Shown: positions 48,598 through 58,335, counted from the stretch's first letter. The stretch: 64,000 nucleotides of DNA from Candidatus Babelota bacterium (GCA_049325595.1 JBMOLF010000009.1:27137-91136); one strand, 5' to 3'. The notes: generated by a model from the sequence alone, not told the origin. Translations and numbers: made by a program.

Positions 48598-49704
48598 TTA
48601 ATTACGTTTTTGTAAAAATGTAAGCCCATTACAGAATGGGTAATGCACCATATGCCAGGTGTTCCCATCTTTTATAAAAGTGGTATTAACATAATAATGT
48701 TCATTAAATTCAAGAGCAAAATATTCTTTTAGAGCTTGCGTTACTCCTCTGGTATTGCCCGGAGCCGAATCGGTTGTTCCATTGATTCTCATAAAGCTAT
48801 GATTTGGCAATGGGGTAACATTTGAGTCATGAAAGGCGATAATTCCTTGAGTATTTAAAAGAGGCACAAACATTTTTATTTCTGCAAGTGTATGCTCATA
48901 TAAATGAGATGTGTCGATAAAGATTAAATCAATTGGCGTGTTTTTATAATCACTGTTTTGATAATAATTAACAAAGTTTAAGTCGTCCATATGAATAAAA
49001 AGGGTATTTTTTAAGGCATTATAGGCTGCCGCATATGAGGGTTCAATATCAAGGCCAATCATTGTGGCTGAACATAATTGCAATGCTTGATAAAATGGTT
49101 TTGTTGATTGTCCACCACGGACACCTGCTTCAACGATAAGATTAGGGTTTAAAAGTAGCGTATAGGTAAATAATGCTGGAATGTGACTTGATATGTCTGT
49201 ATCTTTTTGATTACTGTAAATAAGCATTTGTTTGTAAGAGTCAAGTGCGCGAGTTGGTAGAAAGCACGGTAAAATTACTGGATCAGCATATTCGTAATTG
49301 GCAGGAAAGTAATAATAATTGTAAAGATGACGATAATGATTAATATTACTACTGTTATAATCCCATACTGCTATGGCATTCGATAGTTTTTCATTATAAT
49401 CTGATGTCAAATATGCCCCAGAAAGATCTAATGTTTGGTAAATAATGTAATGTTGTGGAAAATCTTTTTTATTAAGTTGATGTGCATCAAAAATGATATA
49501 AAGAGCATCATTATTATCAAACATTGATGTTTGCTCATAATTAATATTGAATTTTTTTAAAATATTCAATAGCGGTTGGGTATAATTGTCATGATAACCA
49601 TGAATAAAAACTTTAGAATTGCATTTAAGTAAATGATCAGCATAAATAGAGTGGCTAATGATAGTTGCTAATATGACCAGTGCATAAAAAATATTTTTCT
49701 TCAT
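48598..49704 (-). CDS. Fusion of a GT-like N-domain and a class I methyltransferase (Methyltransf_24-like), with signal peptide
   Basis: YIIYQ/AVWDYN N-domain; VEAGVRGGQST, IFIDTSHLYEHT, IAFHD. Confidence 0.72.
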   Translation of the reverse strand: MKKNIFYALVILATIISHSIYADHLLKCNSKVFIHGYHDNYTQPLLNILKKFNINYEQTSMFDNNDALYIIFDAHQLNKKDFPQHYIIYQTLDLSGAYLTSDYNEKLSNAIAVWDYNSSNINHYRHLYNYYYFPANYEYADPVILPCFLPTRALDSYKQMLIYSNQKDTDISSHIPALFTYTLLLNPNLIVEAGVRGGQSTKPFYQALQLCSATMIGLDIEPSYAAAYNALKNTLFIHMDDLNFVNYYQNSDYKNTPIDLIFIDTSHLYEHTLAEIKMFVPLLNTQGIIAFHDSNVTPLPNHSFMRINGTTDSAPGNTRGVTQALKEYFALEFNEHYYVNTTFIKDGNTWHMVHYPFCNGLTFLQKRN

Positions 49705-49733
49705 ACCTTTTTCCTTTTTTTATATATGCCTAC

Positions 49734-49817
49734 AAAGTAGTAAAACTAGGTCCTTTGTCAAGTTACAGAATAGATGGGAAAAGTCACCTTGACTATTCTA
49801 CGCAATTTTAATAGAAC
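49734..49817. promoter_or_regulatory. Back-to-back putative sigma70 promoters of the glycan cluster
   Basis: Minus strand TTGACA (49756-49761)-16-TACTTT; plus strand TTGACT at 49789-49794. Confidence 0.4.
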
Positions 49818-49844
49818 CTTTTAAGTCATAAAAAAGGAGACACT

Positions 49845-50948
49845 ATGATTTATTTATCATCTAAAAAAATTTCTATTTTATTTTCTTGGATAATTTTATT
49901 TTCTTATTTTATTGAAGCAAAAAATGTCTTTGTAACAGGTGGTGCAGGATTTATTGGTAGTAATTTTATTAATTATATGTTCAAAAAGTATCCAGATTAT
50001 CATTTTACCGTGCTTGATAAACTTACTTATGCCGGAAATCTAAATAATATTAATGAACAAGTGCGCAATTCTAATAGATTTACTTTTGTAAAAGGATGCA
50101 TCACTGATGTTGAATTAGTTGACCAACTTATGAGCGATGCAGATTTTGTTGTGCATTTTGCTGCAGAATCGCATGTAGCGCGTAGCATAGTTGATGATTA
50201 TGTTTTTTTTGAAACTGATGTATTAGGAACTCGTTCATTAATGGCAGCATTGGTAAAACATAACAAGCGTGTTGAGCGGTTTATTCATATTTCAACCTCT
50301 GAAGTATTTGGTACTGCCGAAGAATTTCATATGACTGAAGACCATCCAATTAACCCACGCACACCCTATGCAGCTGCTAAAGCAGGGGCTGATCGCTTAG
50401 TATATGCTTATTGGTGTACCTATGATATTCCTGCAGTTATTGTTAGGCCCTTTAATAATTATGGACCAAACCAACATGTTGAAAAATTAATCCCTCGTCT
50501 TATTGCACAGGCAATTGAAGGAATACCTCTTACAATTCATGGAAATGGGGAACAAAAAAGAGATTGGGTTCATACGTATGATATTGCGCGCGCGTTAGAC
50601 ATGATTTTGCATGCCGACAATTTCTCAAAAATTAAAAATCAGGTTATTAATTTGGGCAGTGGACGTGCTACGTCGGTTAATGAAATTGCCAATGTAATAT
50701 TAACTTACTTTAATTTGCCAGATGATTTTAAAAATTACACTAAAGATAGACCTGGACAGGTGATGTTACATATTTCTGATACAAAAAAAGCATTAGAGCT
50801 GTTGGGATGGGAACCCAAAATTAACTTAGAAGAAGGCTTAGAGAATGTTATTGAATGGTACAGGCATAATACCCAACATTGGACTGAAAATTTAAAAACA
50901 TGCCGAATTCCAATCAAACATGAAGATAATGTTATTGAACATTATTAA
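49845..50948 (+). CDS. rmlB: dTDP/UDP-glucose 4,6-dehydratase (RmlB family) with signal peptide
   Basis: VTGGAGFIG, LDKLTYAGN, HFAAESHV, PYAAAKAG, NNYGPNQ, RDWVH, DRPG; strong AAGGAG RBS. Confidence 0.88.
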   Translation: MIYLSSKKISILFSWIILFSYFIEAKNVFVTGGAGFIGSNFINYMFKKYPDYHFTVLDKLTYAGNLNNINEQVRNSNRFTFVKGCITDVELVDQLMSDADFVVHFAAESHVARSIVDDYVFFETDVLGTRSLMAALVKHNKRVERFIHISTSEVFGTAEEFHMTEDHPINPRTPYAAAKAGADRLVYAYWCTYDIPAVIVRPFNNYGPNQHVEKLIPRLIAQAIEGIPLTIHGNGEQKRDWVHTYDIARALDMILHADNFSKIKNQVINLGSGRATSVNEIANVILTYFNLPDDFKNYTKDRPGQVMLHISDTKKALELLGWEPKINLEEGLENVIEWYRHNTQHWTENLKTCRIPIKHEDNVIEHY

Positions 50949-50963
50949 TTTTTGGAGAAATAA

Positions 50964-51635
50964 TTGAAGTTTATCAATGTCCCATTCCTCGTTTATTTAC
51001 TATTTTGTATGTTGCAAGCAAAAGCCCAAAATCTTGTTATTTTGTGTACCGCATCGTTAATCCCCGCACAATTTGAGCAGCGCAAAAAAGAATACATCGA
51101 AGCTTTGAAGCAATTGCCACAGCTAGCCGTACCTTTTTATGTTGTTGAAAATCATTTGGTAGGAGGACCTTCATTCTTAGATGATTATTGTAGCAATGTA
51201 TTTTATTTTGCATGCAATAATATCAATTTACGTAACAAAGGTGTAAATGAAGCAATTTCTATGCTGAAGGCGCTCGAGCTACTTAATTTAAATGACGAAA
51301 CTATGGTAATTAAATTAACGGGGCGTTATCAATTAAGACATTTTGCCTTATTTAAATTAATTAAAGAAAATCCTGATTGTGATGCATTTGTAAAATATGA
51401 TTCTTATGGCCAAGTTTATACAGGGTGTTATGCAATGCGTTATCATTGCATGAAAAAAATGGTACAAGAAATGGATTTGCATCGCATGGAAGTTGAAATG
51501 ATATCAATAGAAAAAGTAGTGGCTGATTTTATACATAATAATATTAACGCTAAAAAAATATATATCCTACAAGATCTGGGTATTATGGCTCATTTTTTTG
51601 GTGACGGTTCTCAAATTACTTCTATGGAGCTTTGA
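50964..51635 (+). CDS. Glycan-locus protein, putative glycosyltransferase, with signal peptide
   Basis: RKKEY, NKGVNE, IKLTGRY motifs; TTG start after GGAG. Confidence 0.55.
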   Translation: MKFINVPFLVYLLFCMLQAKAQNLVILCTASLIPAQFEQRKKEYIEALKQLPQLAVPFYVVENHLVGGPSFLDDYCSNVFYFACNNINLRNKGVNEAISMLKALELLNLNDETMVIKLTGRYQLRHFALFKLIKENPDCDAFVKYDSYGQVYTGCYAMRYHCMKKMVQEMDLHRMEVEMISIEKVVADFIHNNINAKKIYILQDLGIMAHFFGDGSQITSMEL

Positions 51636-51636
51636 T

Positions 51637-52482
51637 ATGAAGGGTCTTAAGACTATTATTTTTTTAAATATTATATTTTTAAGTAATACAACCTACGGAT
51701 TAATTTTTCATGGGACACAGGAAACCTTGCAAGAAATCAAAAATATTATTGAAAATAAACAATCAGGTTGTTATTTACGTTTTGGTGATGGAGATTTAAA
51801 CCTTGCCTATGGAATGAATGAGTTGTGCCAATTGCAAAATGCACATCTACAACATGAAATGCAAGAAGCTTTTAGCCTTAACCATAAAACTATAATAAAA
51901 ACCTTGCCATTACATTGTAAAGAATTTGGTGGCTTAGAAAAGCATATGTTCCCTGGTAATCATGAAGTTGGTTATGAACAGGCATGCCAATTTGTAGCCC
52001 GAGCACAACCTCTTTGGGGGCAAGAGATAACAGATATTTATTCTCCAGTTGCACTTGCATATACAGCAACATATAATGTTGATATTTGTTTGGATTTTTT
52101 AAAATTTCTTAAGTCACAAAATTGTTTGTTATTAATAGGCAATGAATGTATTCCAAACACGATTATTAAACTTTTATTTGGTAACCAAACAATTTTTATT
52201 CCAACACCAGCTGTTAATGCCTATTCATCAATAAATGAGATCGAAGAACAGGCTCAAAAAATTTTAAGAGAGCAAGATGATACCTATAAAATTGTAGTGT
52301 TATCAATGGGATGTTCTGGCAGAATTTTAACTAAGCGTTTATGGAAAAGTCGTAAAAACATATTTATTTTTGATTTTGGGAGTCTCATGGATGCGCTTTG
52401 TGGTTGGAATACTCGGGCGTGGATAGAGCTTACACAATTTGATAAGAATCAAATTTTAATTCCTCTTAATAATCATCACTAA
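51637..52482 (+). CDS. GT-D fold (DUF1792-like) glycosyltransferase with signal peptide
   Basis: YLRFGDGD, NAYS, LSMG, FDFGS; start moved to ATG 51637 after GGAG. Confidence 0.72.
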   Translation: MKGLKTIIFLNIIFLSNTTYGLIFHGTQETLQEIKNIIENKQSGCYLRFGDGDLNLAYGMNELCQLQNAHLQHEMQEAFSLNHKTIIKTLPLHCKEFGGLEKHMFPGNHEVGYEQACQFVARAQPLWGQEITDIYSPVALAYTATYNVDICLDFLKFLKSQNCLLLIGNECIPNTIIKLLFGNQTIFIPTPAVNAYSSINEIEEQAQKILREQDDTYKIVVLSMGCSGRILTKRLWKSRKNIFIFDFGSLMDALCGWNTRAWIELTQFDKNQILIPLNNHH

Positions 52483-52500
52483 TTTTTTAAAGGATAAGTA

Positions 52501-53307
52501 ATGAAAAAGCTTATTTTTATGTCTTTGTTATTTTCATATCAATTAAAGCCCTGTGACTTTAATGAATTACTTAAATGCAACTTGCCTAAAATAAATGTTG
52601 CTCAATTATGCAATGTGGAAAAGGAGTTACAATTATATGAAGCAGCATTAAAGGACGAATCAAATTACTCTGGTGTTCCAACACTTGACGGTTGGATAGA
52701 TCAAGGATATGAGTATCCCCATATTAATCCAGTACATCAAAGACTTTTAGACGCGGTAAAACCACTAACTGTAGAATCTGTGTGTGAATTAGGAGCAGGA
52801 TGTGGCAAAATCTCAAAATATATTTTTGCCCAAAAACCACATATTAAATTGACTTGTGTTGAGCACGATTCAACTCATCTTGCACAGATTAATGAAAATT
52901 TTAAAACAAGAACTCATATTATTGCGCCAGATATTTCTGTAGAGGCAAATATTATAAAAGGTTCTTTGCATAATTTACCTATGATTGCCCCTGAAAGTTT
53001 CGACTTAGTATTTACGTGTACGGTAATGATGCATTTGCCGTTTATAGTTGCGGTAAAAGCAGCTGAAGAAATTGTCCGTATTAGTAAAAGATATATTCTT
53101 CATGTAGAAAATAAAAATCAAGGTGGAGATTGGTACAGTATGACTATTGTAAAACCAGCAACAATGTCTCAAGCTAATTTGGTGGGCATTGATTATCCAC
53201 GGCTTTATGAAAATCTTGGGGTTAAAACGCTGATCTATTATGAATATCAAGATCCAGCAAGTCCAGCTACAGGCGTGGTATATCTTGGTGAAAAAATTTC
53301 TCAATAA
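52501..53307 (+). CDS. Class I SAM-dependent methyltransferase with signal-like N-terminus
   Basis: VCELGAGCG, FDLVFTCTVMMH, EIVRISKRYILHVE. Confidence 0.8.
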   Translation: MKKLIFMSLLFSYQLKPCDFNELLKCNLPKINVAQLCNVEKELQLYEAALKDESNYSGVPTLDGWIDQGYEYPHINPVHQRLLDAVKPLTVESVCELGAGCGKISKYIFAQKPHIKLTCVEHDSTHLAQINENFKTRTHIIAPDISVEANIIKGSLHNLPMIAPESFDLVFTCTVMMHLPFIVAVKAAEEIVRISKRYILHVENKNQGGDWYSMTIVKPATMSQANLVGIDYPRLYENLGVKTLIYYEYQDPASPATGVVYLGEKISQ

Positions 53308-53320
53308 TTTATATCAGGAG

Positions 53321-53345
53321 AGGTGGCGCAAAGCCACCTTTTTTT
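53321..53345 (+). terminator. Hairpin/terminator closing the glycan operon
   Basis: AGGTGGC-gcaaa-GCCACCT followed by T6. Confidence 0.75.
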
Positions 53346-53633
53346 ATGGTCAAAAATACAAAAAAGAAATGGGTGCAAAAAGTGAGGGAAACTTCTTTTG
53401 CAATGGATTTGCCAGAGGGTATTTTTACCCGGACATCTAAAGAAATAGCAAAGGGGTTACAACAAGCTGTGCTTGCCAGCAATCGCACCAAAGGAACTAA
53501 ATTTCAATCGGCCATGTCGATGCTTAATTATTATATTAATCGTGCGGGAAAAAAATTGCCTGCCAAAGATCGCATGCGATTGGAACGGGCAAAAAATGAG
53601 CTTCGTAAATTATTTGATAAACCAACTAAATAA
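53346..53633 (+). CDS. DUF3175 family protein
   Basis: KKWVQKV...AMDL..GIF...SAMSMLNYYINRAG..L...LERAK.ELR. Confidence 0.8.
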   Translation: MVKNTKKKWVQKVRETSFAMDLPEGIFTRTSKEIAKGLQQAVLASNRTKGTKFQSAMSMLNYYINRAGKKLPAKDRMRLERAKNELRKLFDKPTK

Positions 53634-53634
53634 T

Positions 53635-54888
53635 TTACAAAGCAAGAAGTTTTTTTAATCGTTCTGATGTCGGCGCTAATTGTTGTGCAATGTAAATAGC
53701 CGAATTTAAAGCACTTTCGTGCGAATCAATATCGTTAGTATACAGTCCTGCAACCCATAAATTATTTTTACCTTGTTCTAGTGCGATGATCTCCTGGGTT
53801 TTAAAATAATTTTTATTTGGTTTTGCATGGTGATAATGTTGTATCGCGTGAATAGTTTTTGGTTCGGGAAATTCTGGTAGCAGCCAGCTACGAAAACAGG
53901 GGTTCTTAGTTGGCTTATTTTTAAAAATGGTAAGGGTACTAAAGTTATTATTTTGCCATACATTAGCAACAGACCAATCGCGTGGGCAAGGTGGCATAAA
54001 GCGACGATCTTCGTGTATTGCTAAAGTTGCTGGAATGTAATCTAGGGTTTTGATGGTATTCCTTAAAGTAGTTGTGTGGCTAATGTTCCTTAAAAGATCA
54101 CCAGTTTTATGTGCATCAGTTGCGATAATAAGATGGTCAACAAGAATTCTTTTTTTACTTGCCTCGATTACATATTTGCCATTTTCATAATAAATATGTT
54201 CTGCGCTGGTAGATGAATACAGATGGGTTTTTGTAAGATTATGGACTAATTTATTTATGTAATAGGTCATTCCTGCCGTAATTTGATACCAATAGCTCGG
54301 TTGTAAGCCAATAGGTTTATTTTTTACAATATAGGCAAGCACATTATAAGCGGAAAATGTAGCAAATTCTTCGTAGTTAACGCCCCATCCTGCGCTGAAT
54401 AACGGATAAAAAAAATTACGCATAAATGAAGATGAAATTTTTGCTTCTTTTGCAAACTCATCAAGTGTTATGAGCTTTTCTTTTGATTGTATGAGTTTTA
54501 TTCCCTCATGTATTGTTTTTTTTAGTTGTAGGAGCGCTAAAATCTTTAATGGAGTGAGTGTATGCCAAAAAATTTTATGACCTTGAATTGGGGGCAAAAC
54601 ATATACCGATGAGGAGTGTTGAGAAAAAAAGGAATAAGTAAATGGATAAATGGTTGTCGGCACAGAGAGTATTTTTAGCAGACTACAAAAATGTGGGTAC
54701 ATGCGTTCATTAAAAAACTCAAAACCAATTTCGATTGGTATGCTTTTGCCCTTTTCTTCAAGGTAAATCGTTTGGGCATGACCGCCAAAAAAATTATTTT
54801 TTTCAAATAAAACCACCTCATGTTCTTGTTCTAATAACCATGCGGTTGCTAGGCCTGCAATACCACCACCAATAATACCTATTTTCAT
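53635..54888 (-). CDS. FAD-dependent oxidoreductase (COG2907-like amine oxidase family)
   Basis: MKIGIIGGGIAGL, GGHAQT, FFNERMYP, HEDRRFMP, HESALNSA; start moved to 54888. Confidence 0.8.
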   Translation of the reverse strand: MKIGIIGGGIAGLATAWLLEQEHEVVLFEKNNFFGGHAQTIYLEEKGKSIPIEIGFEFFNERMYPHFCSLLKILSVPTTIYPFTYSFFSQHSSSVYVLPPIQGHKIFWHTLTPLKILALLQLKKTIHEGIKLIQSKEKLITLDEFAKEAKISSSFMRNFFYPLFSAGWGVNYEEFATFSAYNVLAYIVKNKPIGLQPSYWYQITAGMTYYINKLVHNLTKTHLYSSTSAEHIYYENGKYVIEASKKRILVDHLIIATDAHKTGDLLRNISHTTTLRNTIKTLDYIPATLAIHEDRRFMPPCPRDWSVANVWQNNNFSTLTIFKNKPTKNPCFRSWLLPEFPEPKTIHAIQHYHHAKPNKNYFKTQEIIALEQGKNNLWVAGLYTNDIDSHESALNSAIYIAQQLAPTSERLKKLLAL

Positions 54889-54961
54889 ATTTACCCATAG
54901 AGTTTTTTTGGTTGTTTTTGACAAGCTAATACGTTGATAAAGGTGAGTGCAATTAAACTGA

Positions 54962-55705
54962 TTATTTTTGATATGTATCAGTTGCCTTTTTAACATCAGT
55001 TATTAGCTTTGCAAGCTGTTCTCGTTGTTGTAAACTAGAAGTTTTTTTAAGCGCATCAAAATATAATTCTGATGTGGCACCAAAGAAGGTTTTGCCTTGT
55101 GGATCTAAGGCAGTTAAATTAAAGTCAGGTGAGCTTTCAAGAATTAACGATACTAAATGTTGTTTTGCTGCTGGATTGTCAAGATCTTTGGTAAATGCAT
55201 AGGAAAGCAAATTATGATCTAATTCTTCACAAAAGACAACACGATTTAAATTAACTCCTAAATTTTCTAATTGTTGTAATGAATTTTTAAATTCAGATCT
55301 TTTTTTTGCAATAAAATCATTTACTTGTGCTGCAGGAATTTTAACCAATTCGTCATGGAAAGTGCTCATTTTCCCCATAATTGTTTTTATAATTTGTTCT
55401 TCAGGATGTTTTTTTGAATAATCCTCATACCAAACTTCAAATTGTTTTTGTAAATCTACCGGTAAATTGTAACTCAAAAAATACCCCGAACAAGGAAATT
55501 TATTTGCAATTGCCGTAAGTGCTTGGGAGAAAAATTTTTGTTCTAGTTTGGTGGGATTTTTTTCAATCAGATCTACTAATTTTTCTAAGGCAAATTTAGG
55601 ATTTTTGGCCTCTTCAACGATAGTTGCCAGATTTTTATACTCAGAACTTAAACTAATAGTTGGTAAGATAAATAAAATTGATAATAAAATTGTTTTTTTA
55701 TTCAT
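54962..55705 (-). CDS. Exported hypothetical protein with an ankyrin-like C-terminal segment
   Basis: AAGGAG RBS, signal; LGVNLN...NLLSYA...LVSLILE...DPQGKT. Confidence 0.6.
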   Translation of the reverse strand: MNKKTILLSILFILPTISLSSEYKNLATIVEEAKNPKFALEKLVDLIEKNPTKLEQKFFSQALTAIANKFPCSGYFLSYNLPVDLQKQFEVWYEDYSKKHPEEQIIKTIMGKMSTFHDELVKIPAAQVNDFIAKKRSEFKNSLQQLENLGVNLNRVVFCEELDHNLLSYAFTKDLDNPAAKQHLVSLILESSPDFNLTALDPQGKTFFGATSELYFDALKKTSSLQQREQLAKLITDVKKATDTYQK

Positions 55706-55850
55706 GGCAAATTCTCCTTTTTTTGTAGTATAGCATTTTGAGCTATTCAATAAGAATATTTTTATATTTTTTTAATATTTTAATAAAACCATTTATTTCA
55801 TGAAAATTGATGTGATAGAATTATAAAAAGAACTAAAAAAAGAGGGTAAA

Positions 55851-56084
55851 ATGTTCAAAAAATGTCTTTTATCATTACTAGTTTTTGCTGGATTTGCAAC
55901 TTCATTTGTTCATTCTAGATATCAAGAAGCGCCACAAGGTAAATGCTTTTGCTCGCGTATTTGTGAATACCGTGATCAAAAACCAGATGACAAGCCGATA
56001 ACTGATGAAGAAAGTGGGATAACGTTTTGTAAAATTTGGGACAAAAATAATTATAAGAAACGTTGTTTAGCAAAAAAAAGATAA
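55851..56084 (+). CDS. Small exported Cys-rich protein
   Basis: GAGG RBS, signal, CFCSRIC...FCKIWD...RC. Confidence 0.7.
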   Translation: MFKKCLLSLLVFAGFATSFVHSRYQEAPQGKCFCSRICEYRDQKPDDKPITDEESGITFCKIWDKNNYKKRCLAKKR

Positions 56085-56094
56085 GGATAAAACT

Positions 56095-56298
56095 ATGTGG
56101 TCAAAAAGAGATACTCTTATTTTCTTAGCTGGCGCATTTGCATTTCATACCTTAAGTCATTTTCTTCTTAATTTTTCCGGAATGTTGCCCTTTACTATTT
56201 TTGGCATTACTCTTACTTCCCAATTAAATTGGTTTGCTATAATTGCAAGTGGTTTAATAACGGTATGGCTTTTGGGCTGGGCGGCAAAAGAAAAATAA
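56095..56298 (+). CDS. Small two-TM membrane protein
   Basis: AAGGA RBS; two hydrophobic helices. Confidence 0.7.
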   Translation: MWSKRDTLIFLAGAFAFHTLSHFLLNFSGMLPFTIFGITLTSQLNWFAIIASGLITVWLLGWAAKEK

Positions 56299-56579
56299 AG
56301 TTATTTATTTAGTTGTGCAAATGTTTTCCATAACAACTTATGAAAGCAGCTATGTCCACCCTCATTACTGCTTAAAGCAATAATTTTGCCAATAACAGAT
56401 TGCTTAATAACGTTTATCGCGATTGCTAATCTCTGTTCTTATTTTTTGCTCATCATAACAATTACTTGTATGAGCACGATAACAATAAATAAAGATAATA
56501 CAAACATGTTAAAATAGAGCATACTATTCTAGCAAAAATTTGTTTGATAAATAATGCTTAAAAACAAAAAGGCTTATCC

Positions 56580-57311
56580 ATGAATAAGGACCAGTTATTG
56601 CAATATCTTTTGTACATGAACATAGGAACACCGGCAAATGATTATGCCAATGAGCGCATATTTGCAATGAAAAGTGGGTCGCAGCTTCCTTTTTGTAACC
56701 GCGTGTATGGTAATAACTTAACTAACATTGGCGATTTAATAGCTGCGCGGATGTTTTATCAAGCCACCCCTTTTCGATGGTTTGTAGATCAGAATGATGT
56801 TGTTTTAAAAAAACAATTAGAATCATTTGGACTGCAATACAAGATTTCATATCCAGCGATGATTTTGTCATTGAATGAGATGCAGCAAGTTTCCTATGGA
56901 CCGGATATACAGATAAGAAAAATAGATAATGCAGATTATGATAAATGGGTAATGCTTGTTTGCAAAGCTTATAGTATTCCTGCAGTAAACCAATTTAAAC
57001 TATTTATAGAATATCTTTTAAAGCGTGCCCAACCCAATAACATTCATTTATATATTGGGTATTATCAAGATGTTCCTGCAGCGACAAGTATGGTTATAGA
57101 CCATGCCTCTATTGCAGGATTGCATTGGGTTGGTGTATTGCCAGAATTTAGACAAAAAGGTTTGGGTTTTGCAGTAAGTCACCACGCTTTGCATGATGCT
57201 CACGCGCGTGGCATAGCTCAAGCAATTTTACTAGCATCAGAAATGGGAGAATCAATTTATAAAAAGATTGGATTTTCAGAATATGCAAAATATGATGTCT
57301 ATGGATATTAA
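56580..57311 (+). CDS. GNAT family N-acetyltransferase
   Basis: VGVLPEFRQKGLG, LLASEMGESIYKKIGF. Confidence 0.9.
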   Translation: MNKDQLLQYLLYMNIGTPANDYANERIFAMKSGSQLPFCNRVYGNNLTNIGDLIAARMFYQATPFRWFVDQNDVVLKKQLESFGLQYKISYPAMILSLNEMQQVSYGPDIQIRKIDNADYDKWVMLVCKAYSIPAVNQFKLFIEYLLKRAQPNNIHLYIGYYQDVPAATSMVIDHASIAGLHWVGVLPEFRQKGLGFAVSHHALHDAHARGIAQAILLASEMGESIYKKIGFSEYAKYDVYGY

Positions 57312-57327
57312 GATTATTTTTTAGCAT

Positions 57328-57360
57328 AAAAAAGGCCTGTAAAAAACAGGCCTTTTTTTT
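57328..57360. terminator. Bidirectional intrinsic terminator
   Basis: A6-GGCCTGT-aaaaa-ACAGGCC-T8 between convergent genes. Confidence 0.88.
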
Positions 57361-57364
57361 ACTT

Positions 57365-58153
57365 CTATGCAGCCAAATTAATAAATGGCGTATTGCCACC
57401 TGCGACTTGTGGAAGCTTGCCATCCCATTTTTCGATTGCTTTAACTAATGCTTCAGCTTTTTTTAATTCAATAAGTTCTTGCGTCACGGCTTCTTTTTTT
57501 ACTTTGAGTGCATAGGCTTCAGCTTCTGCCTTCGATTTGGTTTGCAATGCTTCTTCTTTAACTTTTTCGGTTAAATTGCGTGCAGTTTTAGCGCTTTGTT
57601 CTGCAATTTGTTTTTCTTCAACTGCTTTAATAAAGTCAGGCGAAAAGTCTGAATGTACAAAGTTAAAGTCAATTAAAGTGATATTAAGTGGTAGTAGGCG
57701 TTCTTTTAGCTCAGAACTAACTTTTTCTTTTGCATCATGACGATATTGGATCAAATCTTCGGCTGTATATTTTGCCACAACAGCTTTAATACTTTCTTGC
57801 GCAAATGGATCAATGATCACTTGCTCAAAATTAGTGCCCACTGTTTGATATAACGCAACAGCATTATTAATTTTATAGTTGATTGCTACCCCAATAGAGA
57901 CTGTTTGCAAATCTTTTGAAAGTGCCGTTGTTTCAATCACTGATTTGCATATGCGGTTATTAATATAAATTACCGAATCTATAATAGGCGCTTTAACGTA
58001 CCAACCCGAGGCTTCATGTGCTGAGATAATTTGCCCTAGACGCAAATGTAAGGCAGTATAACCCGGCTCGACAATATAAAACATAGATGGTAAGCCAATG
58101 AGCATGAACGCTAAGGTACCTAATCCAATGAATGCAAAAACTTTTTTGAACAT
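57365..58153 (-). CDS. SPFH/prohibitin family protein
   Basis: N-terminal TM, SKDLQTV, KAVVAKYTAEDLI, FSPDFIKAVEEKQIAEQ, KWDGKLP. Confidence 0.92.
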   Translation of the reverse strand: MFKKVFAFIGLGTLAFMLIGLPSMFYIVEPGYTALHLRLGQIISAHEASGWYVKAPIIDSVIYINNRICKSVIETTALSKDLQTVSIGVAINYKINNAVALYQTVGTNFEQVIIDPFAQESIKAVVAKYTAEDLIQYRHDAKEKVSSELKERLLPLNITLIDFNFVHSDFSPDFIKAVEEKQIAEQSAKTARNLTEKVKEEALQTKSKAEAEAYALKVKKEAVTQELIELKKAEALVKAIEKWDGKLPQVAGGNTPFINLAA

Positions 58154-58335
58154 GATGTTCTCCTATCTAAGGAGTTTGAGGTGAGATACGATTACATCGT
58201 ATCAAATGACGCACGTATTGTCAAAACACAATAAAAAACAGATGGCGGCTTATAAAAGTTTTCAATATGAATTTTATTTTGCTAAATAAGCAATATAGTG
58301 ATAAACTTAAAGATAATTTATTATTAGGAGCATAT

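Noticed and set aside
56302..56522. Minus-strand frame MLYFNMFVLSLFIVIVLIQVIVMMSKK-stop-EQRLAIA... as a pseudogene or read-through gene
   Set aside because: There is no recognisable homology, and hydrophobic frames arise easily in AT-rich DNA.
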